A stretch of 64,000 bases of DNA, taken from NCBI GenBank assembly GCA_018333535.1, contig JAGXTA010000071.1, positions 99,100-163,099 of the forward strand. The letters are read 5' to 3'. The translations under genes were made by a program, and so were the position numbers. The DNA is from Deltaproteobacteria bacterium. GTDB taxonomy: Bacteria; Desulfobacterota; BSN033; UBA1163. Positions 1 to 8,242 of the stretch are shown piece after piece (position 1 is the stretch's first letter; the number at the start of each line of letters is the position of its first letter). Below the pieces are notes generated by a model that worked only from the letters and a program-made list of their open reading frames with translations, had not been told where the DNA came from and ran no database searches.

Positions 1-727
1 TTACCGCCCGGCTAACTTCCCAGACCATCCTCAAGGCAATTGGTTTAATCGCAGGCCCTGAAAGTCCCCCGGTCACATTTCCCAACTCGGGTTTTTTTGT
101 ATGGATGTTAATGGCCATTGCCTTGAAAGTATTGATGAGCGAGACCGCATCCGCGCCTCCTTCCTCTGCGCTTCGGGCAATGACCGTAATGTCGGTGACA
201 TTTGGCGAAAGCTTAACGATGAGGGGCCGTCTGATGGATTTTTTCACTTCTGACACGAGTCGATACGTCATTTTAGAGTCCGAACCAAAGATGATTCCTC
301 CCTGTTTTACATTGGGGCAGGAGATATTCATTTCAAGCCCTGAAATTCCATCGAGGGAATCCAACCGTCTGGCCAATTCGACATATTCCGCTTGAGTCTT
401 TCCAAAAAAGTTGATGATGAGATTCGTTTTGATCTTTTTTAAATAGGGGAGCTTCTCTTTGATGAAGACCTGAAGCCCTGGGTTTTGAAGGCCAATGGAA
501 TTAAGAATCCCGCCATTCGTCTCAAAAATTCTTGGAGGAGGATTTCCCTGCATGGGGTTCAAAGAAATCCCTTTTGGGATAATGGCCCCGAGTTGGCTCA
601 AGTCCATAAAATTTTCAAATTCCTGCCCATATCCGAATGTCCCTGAAGCGACGATCACAGGATTTTTTAATTCCATCTTTCCGATACGGATAGATAACTC
701 AGGATGATGAACAGATTTCATCTTCAT
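1..727 (-). CDS. pyrD: dihydroorotate dehydrogenase class 1B catalytic subunit (PyrD), 3' end cut by window edge
   Basis: Minus-strand ORF with start codon (rc ATG) at 725-727: MKMKSVHHPELSIRIGKMELKNPVIVASGTFGYGQEF...LEMNISCPNV... Absent from ORF track because there is no stop inside the window. Lies directly downstream of pyrK. Confidence 0.85.
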   Translation of the reverse strand, partial: MKMKSVHHPELSIRIGKMELKNPVIVASGTFGYGQEFENFMDLSQLGAIIPKGISLNPMQGNPPPRIFETNGGILNSIGLQNPGLQVFIKEKLPYLKKIKTNLIINFFGKTQAEYVELARRLDSLDGISGLEMNISCPNVKQGGIIFGSDSKMTYRLVSEVKKSIRRPLIVKLSPNVTDITVIARSAEEGGADAVSLINTFKAMAINIHTKKPELGNVTGGLSGPAIKPIALRMVWEVSRAV

Positions 728-784
728 TCCAAGATAGATTTCCGAAAAATCTAAAAATCTCTAATCAGAGAGCGAGAAGTAGTT

Positions 785-1600
785 TTAAGAGCTCTCCCAG
801 ACGATCTCTGACAACGGGAAGACAGGTCCATCTTTGCAGACCCGTCGATATGCCATTTCGGTGTCCCTCGTCTTGACTACACATCCCCAGCAGGCCCCGA
901 ATCCACAGCCCATACGAGCCTCAAGGGAAACCTGAATGATCCATTTCTTCGATTTGAGCGCCTTTGATAGCGACTTAACCATCCCCTCCGGTCCACAAAT
1001 ATAGACATGGTGGGGTCGACCCCTATCAAACCTTTCGATTTCAGATAGAAATAGGTCAACGACGGTCCCTTTTTTGCCCAAACTTCCATCCTCTGTGGCA
1101 ATAAAAACCTTTCCCTTTGGAAAGTCGTCCTCACATAAGATATCGTCTTTTGTCTTTCCGCCGATAAAAACATATATTTTTTCTGAACACAGCGCCTCTC
1201 CAAGGGCAGAGAGAGAGGCCATGCCCACTCCTCCCCCGATTAAAATAGTTGCCGCCGGAGAGGGAAGGGGGGGTAAGATAAACCCATTGCCCAGAGGACC
1301 TATCAGATTAACCTTTTGCCCTTCTTTGAAGGTTGACATCTTCTGGGTGCCTTTCCCCACCTTTTTATATAAAATGGAAAGCTGCCCCCTTTTCTCTTTA
1401 CTGGGATGCAGGGTCGAATAGCTCTTGTAAATGGAAAACGGTCGTCTCAGAAGAGGGTGGTGATTATCGGACGTGCTGATCATGACAAACTGCCCTGGTT
1501 TTGCTTCATTGGCAATAGCAGGACAGTCTATTTCAAGCAAGAAATAGATCGATTTAATTTTTCTGTTGTTGAGGACAATCCCGTCAGTTTGGAGAGCCAT
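785..1600 (-). CDS. pyrK: dihydroorotate dehydrogenase electron-transfer subunit (PyrK), FAD/NAD-binding with C-terminal 2Fe-2S motif
   Basis: 271 aa; C-terminal CGFGACWGC cysteine cluster and ferredoxin-reductase-like fold motifs; adjacent to pyrD. Confidence 0.85.
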   Translation of the reverse strand: MALQTDGIVLNNRKIKSIYFLLEIDCPAIANEAKPGQFVMISTSDNHHPLLRRPFSIYKSYSTLHPSKEKRGQLSILYKKVGKGTQKMSTFKEGQKVNLIGPLGNGFILPPLPSPAATILIGGGVGMASLSALGEALCSEKIYVFIGGKTKDDILCEDDFPKGKVFIATEDGSLGKKGTVVDLFLSEIERFDRGRPHHVYICGPEGMVKSLSKALKSKKWIIQVSLEARMGCGFGACWGCVVKTRDTEMAYRRVCKDGPVFPLSEIVWESS

Positions 1601-1621
1601 CTTTTTTCCGAAATAAAAGTT

Positions 1622-1740
1622 ACGTTTATCGTTGTCGAAGCTCGTATCGAGACTCGCTTGTCGAAACTGGAGGCTCGGATTTTATTCGAGTTTCGGGCCT
1701 CGTGCTTCTAATTTCGATACGAGCATCGTTACCGTAAACC
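1622..1740 (+). repeat. ~110-120 bp dispersed repeat with terminal inverted repeats (GCTCGTATCGA ... TCGATACGAGC), copy 1 of 4
   Basis: Near-identical copies at 16989-17107, 18929-19036 and 23349-23456, all in the same orientation. Spurious ORFs 1406..1711 and 16827..17078 read the same peptide across it. Confidence 0.8.
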
Positions 1741-1784
1741 TCTTTTTTACTTTAACCGATTAACCTTAAATGAAACGGGCCAAG

Positions 1785-2231
1785 TCATCTCTCCATAAGA
1801 AGCGCATCATATTTTCCCTGATAAAAATTCTTTCTTTTTCCTGCTTCCTGATAAGCAAAGGATTGATAGAGTCGGAAAGCTGGAATATTTTGAGGGTTGA
1901 CCTCAAGATAATATTTCTTCACTCCTTTTTGGCAACAAAAATCAATGTAGAATTCCATTAATCTTTTACCCAGCCCTTTTTTTTGATGCATGGGATCAAT
2001 GCAGATGTTGAGGAGCTCCGATTCTTCTCCGACATTCCTAAAGCAGATAAAACCGAGAGGGACATCTTCCTCCTCCCTGCATATAAGAAAGCAATGAGAA
2101 AAGGGGTGGGCAACCTCCCCAAGCAACATATCCCTCGACCAGGGATTTAATATAGAGGTGGCGGCAATGGGGACGACCTCATCCACATCCTCTATTTCCA
2201 TCTTTTTAATCCTTAACTTTTCTGATCCCAT
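1785..2231 (-). CDS. GNAT family N-acetyltransferase (RimI-like)
   Basis: 148 aa; acetyl-CoA binding motif QKKGLGKRLM and conserved GNAT core. Confidence 0.7.
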   Translation of the reverse strand: MGSEKLRIKKMEIEDVDEVVPIAATSILNPWSRDMLLGEVAHPFSHCFLICREEEDVPLGFICFRNVGEESELLNICIDPMHQKKGLGKRLMEFYIDFCCQKGVKKYYLEVNPQNIPAFRLYQSFAYQEAGKRKNFYQGKYDALLMER

Positions 2232-2379
2232 TTATTTCATTAAAAACAGCGACATTAGTCACAGCAAAGGGTGTCATTCCTGCGAAAGCAGGAATCCAGG
2301 AAAACACTGGATTCCGTGTCAAGCACGGAATGACAGACTGAACACGATTTATGTCCTCACCTACAAACCCTCATCACCT

Positions 2380-4284
2380 TTACTTAGGTTCAATATAACG
2401 CAGTAATTCCGACGCCGCTTTTTTAAGCTCCTCATCTTTTGCCTGGTTCAGGATGGTCAGATACGATCGCTTGGCCTCCTCATATTTCCCGTTTTTCCTC
2501 TGAAGATTCCCGATTTCGAGATGGGTCAAAAAGAACCACGGCGAGCTTTCCTGAAGATATCTCAGGGCCATTTCAAAACTTTTAAACGCCTTATCGTGCT
2601 TTCCCTGCTGGTAAAATATTTCCCCCAAACTAAAGTAAGTTCCGCCCAACCATTCGGGACGGCCCCCCTTGAGGATCATGGAATAATAGTGGATCGATTC
2701 TAAAATACTGTTTTGTTTAAAAAATAGTTTCCCCAACTGGAAAGCGGCATGGGTTGCGAGAGGATGATGCGGGAAATCTTCAACGACCTTCTTAAACGCT
2801 TTTTCAGCTTCCCAATTTTCCTTTAGCGATAAGTAAATGTTTCCCGTCTGGGTTAAGGCAAAGAGTTTCCAATGAGGATATTTATCTTTCTGAGCAAGAA
2901 GCCCGTATGCCTCAAAGGCCTGGTTCCAATTTCCGGATTGACTGAAGCATTCTCCCTTAATGAAGAGGCTTTCCTCAATATTGGGAGAGTTTGGAAACTC
3001 AAGCAATAAGATGTCCAAGTTGGTGATGGCCTCTCTGAATTTATTATCATAAAAATAGGCCTTTCCGATACGGTAAAGAGCCTTCTCCCTATAGTTCGTA
3101 TTCAGGACGTTAAAATAGTAGGGAAGGGAGTCCGTGATTCTGCCCTCTAAAAAGGCTATCTCACCATTGAGCCACTGGAGAACCGCCTTTTCATCATCAA
3201 ACGCGTTCAATTTTTGGAGCCTCTGAAATACTTTATGGGCTCCCGAAAGGTCGTTCTGTTGCATATGGTTCCAGAAAAGGGAAAGGAAAGCAATCCCCCA
3301 GAATGGATTTTCCTTTGATTTTGTAAAAATAAGATTGAGTTCTTTTATCGATGAGGGATGGTCGCTGCTCTGCAGGAATATCTCTCCCAATAAATAATGG
3401 GTGAATAGAAGGAGCGGAGAATCTTTGGCCTGGGGTTTAAAGGATTGGAGGGTTTCGATCGCCTCTTTAAAATGACCGATTCGGTAATCACAAAAGGCCA
3501 TTTTCCACAAGACTTCCGGGATGACGACATCCTCCTTGAAACGTTCATTGAACGTCCCGTAGATATTCTTCGCTTCATCGAACTTCCCTTGCTTCAAATA
3601 AGTTTCGCCTAACCAGAGCAAGGCGTATTTAAAAAAAGGGGGAGAAGCAGGTTTAAGATCGGACATCATCGTCTTAAAAAACCCCGCCGCCTCCTCGAAG
3701 TGGTTCTGCTTATAAGACAAGATTCCCAGCCAGAAATGAGAGGCTTGAATGAGCTCATTGTTTTTAGAGGCAAGGGATACTTTTTTAAAATGGGAGCCTG
3801 CCTGGGAGGTTCGATTCGATCCAACATCAATCAATCCGAGGTAATAATAAACCCGATCCATGCCTTCAAATTTGGGGTATCGATTGAGAATGGAGACGAG
3901 ATATCTTCTGGCTCCTTCGTTGTTTCCAAATCTGAGTTCAATATCGGCCAACCAGAAAAGGGTGTATTCCGTATAATCAAATGCTTTGTTCTCATTGATG
4001 ATCTTTAAAAAAATGGATCGGGATTCTTTCAGCTTTTCTTTGAGATAGAGCGTTTTTCCCAGAAGATAACAGATGTCATATAATTTCCCGTGTTCAGGAT
4101 AATCACGAAGGAATTGTGAAAATTGTTTTTCGGCAATATCATAAAAGCCATCATTGAAGGCACCGGTCCCAACCCAGATCAGCTTTTCATCTTCACCAAG
4201 AATCCTTGCGAAGGCATCCTGGCCAGAAAAAAACCCCATCGACCAAAAAACAAAAAGTGTATAAAAAATGATACGTTTGGCCAT
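2380..4284 (-). CDS. tetratricopeptide-repeat protein with N-terminal signal peptide
   Basis: 634 aa; hydrophobic N-terminus MAKRIIFYTLFVFWSMGFFSGQDAFA, then many TPR-like repeats (W/LG/Y/A/F/A/P pattern). Confidence 0.75.
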   Translation of the reverse strand: MAKRIIFYTLFVFWSMGFFSGQDAFARILGEDEKLIWVGTGAFNDGFYDIAEKQFSQFLRDYPEHGKLYDICYLLGKTLYLKEKLKESRSIFLKIINENKAFDYTEYTLFWLADIELRFGNNEGARRYLVSILNRYPKFEGMDRVYYYLGLIDVGSNRTSQAGSHFKKVSLASKNNELIQASHFWLGILSYKQNHFEEAAGFFKTMMSDLKPASPPFFKYALLWLGETYLKQGKFDEAKNIYGTFNERFKEDVVIPEVLWKMAFCDYRIGHFKEAIETLQSFKPQAKDSPLLLFTHYLLGEIFLQSSDHPSSIKELNLIFTKSKENPFWGIAFLSLFWNHMQQNDLSGAHKVFQRLQKLNAFDDEKAVLQWLNGEIAFLEGRITDSLPYYFNVLNTNYREKALYRIGKAYFYDNKFREAITNLDILLLEFPNSPNIEESLFIKGECFSQSGNWNQAFEAYGLLAQKDKYPHWKLFALTQTGNIYLSLKENWEAEKAFKKVVEDFPHHPLATHAAFQLGKLFFKQNSILESIHYYSMILKGGRPEWLGGTYFSLGEIFYQQGKHDKAFKSFEMALRYLQESSPWFFLTHLEIGNLQRKNGKYEEAKRSYLTILNQAKDEELKKAASELLRYIEPK

Positions 4285-4285
4285 T

Positions 4286-4888
4286 TCAGAACGACTTCCT
4301 TATTTCTTTGATAAGGTTTATATCTTCAGGAGTATTAATATTGATAAAAGACTCCTTTGTCCGGTCTAAATTGATAAACTCGGGCTCTTCAATGATTTTT
4401 ATCCTTACCAGGGGGTAGAAATCAAGGATTTTGTATTTCCCCATATCGATAAGTTTTTTTATGGGCGGTATGCAACTTTTTGAGTAGATGGCGTGCAAGG
4501 GCTGCAATCCATCATCCGTTCGGGGCACAATCGCATCAAATCCGTCGGCCTGTTTGATGAGATACTGGATCATGGACTCCTTGAGAAAAGGCATATCGCA
4601 GGCAACACAAAAAGAGTATGAGTTCGATGCGAAAAAGAGCCCTGTATACAACCCTCCGAGGGCGCCGTGATTGACAATGAGGTCGCTTACTATCTTTGCC
4701 TTAAAACTCTCATACGATTCTTTTTGATTGGTGACAATGATAATTTCATTAAATAATTTTTCCAAAATATTATAAATCCTTTGAATGATCGGGATGCCAT
4801 CGATTTCAATGAAAGCCTTATCTCTGCCCATTCGGGCGCTTTTACCGCCAGACAGGATGATTCCCGTCACACCATATCTTTTTTCCAA
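4286..4888 (-). CDS. mobA: molybdenum cofactor guanylyltransferase MobA
   Basis: 200 aa; N-terminal GIILSGGKSARMGRDKAFIEIDG is the MobA nucleotide-binding signature. Confidence 0.8.
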   Translation of the reverse strand: MEKRYGVTGIILSGGKSARMGRDKAFIEIDGIPIIQRIYNILEKLFNEIIIVTNQKESYESFKAKIVSDLIVNHGALGGLYTGLFFASNSYSFCVACDMPFLKESMIQYLIKQADGFDAIVPRTDDGLQPLHAIYSKSCIPPIKKLIDMGKYKILDFYPLVRIKIIEEPEFINLDRTKESFININTPEDINLIKEIRKSF

Positions 4889-4929
4889 AAGGCCACCAAT
4901 AATGTCTGATAAGATATATTATGTAAACT

Positions 4930-6033
4930 TTAGCTTTCAGGTCTAAAAAACTTCTTCCAGCCTTCTCCCTCTCTACCCTTTTTTACGCCTATCTCTTCGA
5001 ATTCCCGGAGTATCTCCTCCTGTCTCTTAGTTAGGTTTTTTGGCGTTTTAACAAATATTTGAACAATAAGGTCGCCCCTGCCATACCCTCTGATTTTTGG
5101 AAAACCTTCGGCTTTAATCTTTAAAATCTCTCCGTTTTCCGTTCCCCTGGGGATTGTAAGGTTCTTTTTACCGTTTAAGGTGGGGATTTCGATCTCTGTT
5201 CCTAACGCTGCCTTGGAAAAACTGATGGGGACTTGGCAGACGATATCATCGCCATCTCTAACAAAGAATTCATGTGGTTCTACAAAGAGAAAGACGAAAA
5301 GGTCTCCAGGGGGACCGCCCCTTTCGCCCTCTTCTCCCTCTCCCCGTATTCTTAATTTTGAGCCTGTATCAACCCCAGGGGGTATCTTGATCTTGATCTT
5401 TTTGGTTTTCTTAACCCAGCCAGAGCCGCGGCATTCCTTACAGGGATGAGAGATGTATTTTCCCTCCCCATGGCATTGACCACAGGTGGTGCTGATGGTG
5501 AAAAAACCCTGTGAACGGATCGTCTGCCCTGTTCCTTTGCAATTGGGGCATTGAACCGGGGAAGTCCCTGGTTTGGAGCCTGTTCCACCGCAGACTTCAC
5601 ACGCTTCTCTTTTGGGAATTTCGATCTCATCTTCTTTTCCAAAGGCGGCTTCATAGAATGAGATCCGTAAGTCATATCTTAAGTCAGCCCCCTGTCGCGG
5701 CCTGGATCTCCCCTGAGACGTTCTCCCAAAACCAAAGAAATCTTCAAAGATATCTCCGAAAGAAGCAAAGATATCCTCGAAGCCTCTGAATCCTGTAAAT
5801 CCGGTTCCTTTTAATCCCTCTATCCCGTAATGATCGTAGATCTCTCTCTTCTGAGGGTCCCTCAAGACTTCATAGGCTTCCGAGGCTACTTTAAACTTTT
5901 CTTCCGCCTCCTTATCTCCTGGATTCCGGTCGGGATGGCACTCCATCGCCACTTTTCGATAAGCTTTTTTGATCTCTTCCTCATTGGCATTTCGCGTGAC
6001 GCCGAGGATCTTATAATAATCTCTGTTTTCCAT
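4930..6033 (-). CDS. dnaJ: molecular chaperone DnaJ
   Basis: 367 aa; J-domain with HPD (CHPDRNP), Gly/Phe-rich linker, four CxxCxGxG zinc-finger repeats and a C-terminal domain. Confidence 0.95.
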   Translation of the reverse strand: MENRDYYKILGVTRNANEEEIKKAYRKVAMECHPDRNPGDKEAEEKFKVASEAYEVLRDPQKREIYDHYGIEGLKGTGFTGFRGFEDIFASFGDIFEDFFGFGRTSQGRSRPRQGADLRYDLRISFYEAAFGKEDEIEIPKREACEVCGGTGSKPGTSPVQCPNCKGTGQTIRSQGFFTISTTCGQCHGEGKYISHPCKECRGSGWVKKTKKIKIKIPPGVDTGSKLRIRGEGEEGERGGPPGDLFVFLFVEPHEFFVRDGDDIVCQVPISFSKAALGTEIEIPTLNGKKNLTIPRGTENGEILKIKAEGFPKIRGYGRGDLIVQIFVKTPKNLTKRQEEILREFEEIGVKKGREGEGWKKFFRPES

Positions 6034-6112
6034 GCCGTTTAAGAAGCATCATCCTGGAACTTATTTTTCAACATTCCATTATTCCAATATTCCATTATTC
6101 CGGAATAGGGAC

Positions 6113-6451
6113 TTATTTGTCGTAATCCTCGAGGATCTTGCCGGTCCTTCCTCGTTCTACGATCTCATCCATTTTGGGGCCTAAATCGACTCCCATCTCC
6201 TTCATCCTTTTTTTTGCCCAGAGACCGACATTTCGGGAGTCCTTATAGAAATCGTCCCCCTTTGGTTTGGAGGTGTCAAGGCCGGCCAGACGGGATCCTT
6301 CAGTCTGGTGGACTGAAAAGGAAGATATTAATCTTTTGAGGTCATTGCCGCCACAAAACTTGCACTTGACCTTCCTGATTTCCCTTGAGTTGAGAAATAA
6401 CTGGCTGAACTCCCTTTCACATTGATTGCATCGATACTCGTAAATAGGCAT
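6113..6451 (-). CDS. FmdB-family zinc-ribbon putative regulatory protein
   Basis: 112 aa; N-terminal MPIYEYRCNQCEREF...CKFCGG with two CxxC pairs, typical of the FmdB family. Confidence 0.7.
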   Translation of the reverse strand: MPIYEYRCNQCEREFSQLFLNSREIRKVKCKFCGGNDLKRLISSFSVHQTEGSRLAGLDTSKPKGDDFYKDSRNVGLWAKKRMKEMGVDLGPKMDEIVERGRTGKILEDYDK

Positions 6452-6453
6452 CC

Positions 6454-6690
6454 TTATTTTCCCTTGCTTGCCTTTTTCTTTAACCCCTTCTTTTTAGATG
6501 GACTCTCATTTTCTGAGGACGATTCAAATTCTTCAATGTCAGCCCTATCTTCTTCCGGAAGAAATATCTTATCACTTGCATCCGGCAATCTGGACAGATG
6601 GATTTCATAGTCCTTTTGGATGATGACTCTGTCTTTGATGTTCCTTTCGATATTTCTCTTGTCGAACTTCTTACTCTCGTCTACGTGCAT
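6454..6690 (-). CDS. hypothetical acidic protein with Lys-rich C-terminus
   Basis: ORF track gives 6454..6756, but an internal start MHVDESKK at 6688-6690 has a GGAG RBS 7 nt upstream. No recognisable domain. Confidence 0.4.
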   Translation of the reverse strand: MHVDESKKFDKRNIERNIKDRVIIQKDYEIHLSRLPDASDKIFLPEEDRADIEEFESSSENESPSKKKGLKKKASKGK

Positions 6691-6922
6691 ATGAGTCTCC
6701 TTTTCGTAGAAAAAGAATTGAACGATTGGCAGCGAATGCACTGAATTCACATCCATTCGTATAATTCGTTTTCATTCGAGTTATTCGTTTAATGCTTCAT
6801 CATAAGAAATAGCATAATTCCGCATCACCTTCAAGGTGTTTCGTAACTTATTGTTAATTAAAGATAATTTAAGCATCCTGTAGACTGCCCGTTATTTATG
6901 AATGGAGAAATGTACAAAATTG

Positions 6923-6950
6923 TTGACAAATTACAAAAATGTCTATAATA
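6923..6950 (+). promoter_or_regulatory. sigma-70-like promoter candidate upstream of the KAS/histidine-kinase operon
   Basis: TTGACA at 6923-6928 and TATAAT at 6944-6949 (15-17 nt spacer depending on the -10 register), in an AT-rich spacer ~45 bp upstream of the 6992 start. Confidence 0.45.
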
Positions 6951-6991
6951 ATACGTAAGTTGTTTAACTCATTAAAAACTTTAAGAGAAAA

Positions 6992-8242
6992 ATGGACAAT
7001 CAAAAAAGAAGAGTAGTCATCACCGGTATGGGAGTCGTCGCCCCCAACGGGATCGGAATAGATAATTTCTGGGATTCCTTAGTCCACGGCCGGTCTGCAG
7101 TAAGAAGAATCACCCACTTCGACGCCTCCTCCTACCCCTGTCAAGTCGCCGCCGAAGTCCCCGATTTTGATCCCACGGATTATATGGATCCCAAAACTGC
7201 TAAAAGGTTGGACAAATTTGCCCAATTTGCTTTAGTAGCTTCAAAAATGGCTGTCGAAGATTCAAAATTTGATTTAGATTTAATTGATCCCTATAGGATT
7301 GGGGTAGCTATTGCAACTGGAATCGGTGGTGGGGAATGCAAAGAAAATCAACACATTATTTTTATGGAGAAAGGAGTCAAGAGAATAAGTCCTTTTACTG
7401 CAGTAATGATCTGTACTCATTCAGCTGCTGGTATTATTAGCTGTGAATTGGGAGTAAAAGGCCAAAATATTACAATATCTTCGGGTTGTACATCAGGGCT
7501 TGATGCAATCTACTCAGCTTATAATGCGATTCAATTAGGAGATGCTGATATAATGTTTGCTGGTGCCGGTGAAGCTCCCATTACACCTTATATTATTGCA
7601 ATTTTTTGTGCTGCCGGACTTCTTTCAAGGGATAATGGAGAACCAGAGAGAACGATTAAACCCTACGATTCTCGTGGAGAAGGAACAGTATTAGGGGAAG
7701 GAGGGGCCATATTGATATTGGAAGAGCTTCAAAGTGCTCTTAAAAGAAAAGCAAAAATATATGGCGAAATTTTAGGTTATGCTTCGTGCAATGAAGCTTA
7801 TAATATATTTAGAATAGATCCAAGCGGAGAAGCAACTGCAATGGTAATGAAAAAAGCAATAGAGATCGCTCACCTTAGCATAAAAGACATTGACTATATT
7901 AATGCTCATGGGAATGGTTCACCCGAATATGATTTAAATGAGACGGTTGCTATAAAAAAAGTTTTTGGCAAATCGGCAAACTCCATTCCTGTTACTTCAA
8001 TCAAACCAGTAACTGGGCAATCCTTTTCGGTTACTGGAATTCTCCAAATGATTACATGCCTATCAGTCATTAAACATGGTATTATCCCACCAACTATGAA
8101 TCATACAATTCCCTCAATAGGTTGTGATCTCGATTATGTGCCCAACCATTTCAGAAAGAAAGAAGTCAATATTGCCTTAATGAATGCTTTAGGATATGGT
8201 GGAGGTCATACAGCCCTGATCGCTGGTAGATTTAATTATTGA
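6992..8242 (+). CDS. beta-ketoacyl-ACP synthase II-like (FabF/KAS family), divergent
   Basis: 416 aa; active-site Cys (SSGCTSGLDA) and first His (YINAHGNGSP) conserved. The second catalytic His appears replaced by Gln (SIKPVTGQSFSV vs FabF STKSMTGHLLG). Stop overlaps the downstream kinase start (ATGA). Confidence 0.8.
   Translation: MDNQKRRVVITGMGVVAPNGIGIDNFWDSLVHGRSAVRRITHFDASSYPCQVAAEVPDFDPTDYMDPKTAKRLDKFAQFALVASKMAVEDSKFDLDLIDPYRIGVAIATGIGGGECKENQHIIFMEKGVKRISPFTAVMICTHSAAGIISCELGVKGQNITISSGCTSGLDAIYSAYNAIQLGDADIMFAGAGEAPITPYIIAIFCAAGLLSRDNGEPERTIKPYDSRGEGTVLGEGGAILILEELQSALKRKAKIYGEILGYASCNEAYNIFRIDPSGEATAMVMKKAIEIAHLSIKDIDYINAHGNGSPEYDLNETVAIKKVFGKSANSIPVTSIKPVTGQSFSVTGILQMITCLSVIKHGIIPPTMNHTIPSIGCDLDYVPNHFRKKEVNIALMNALGYGGGHTALIAGRFNY

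Noticed and set aside
877-1421. ORFs 877..1203 (-) and 1074..1421 (+) inside pyrK
   Set aside because: Fully nested within, or antisense to, the well-supported pyrK gene. Low-complexity translations.
1406-1711. ORFs 1406..1711 (+) and 16827..17078 (+) encode the same peptide ending (VVEARI[ED].RLSKLEARI..EFR.SC)
   Set aside because: The similarity is produced by the ~110-bp repeat element they both read through. Both ORFs lie antisense or intergenic relative to well-supported genes, with no start or RBS context. Treated as non-coding repeat sequence.
5180-5789. Several 89-107-aa ORFs inside or antisense to dnaJ
   Set aside because: Alternative-frame artefacts within the high-confidence dnaJ gene.
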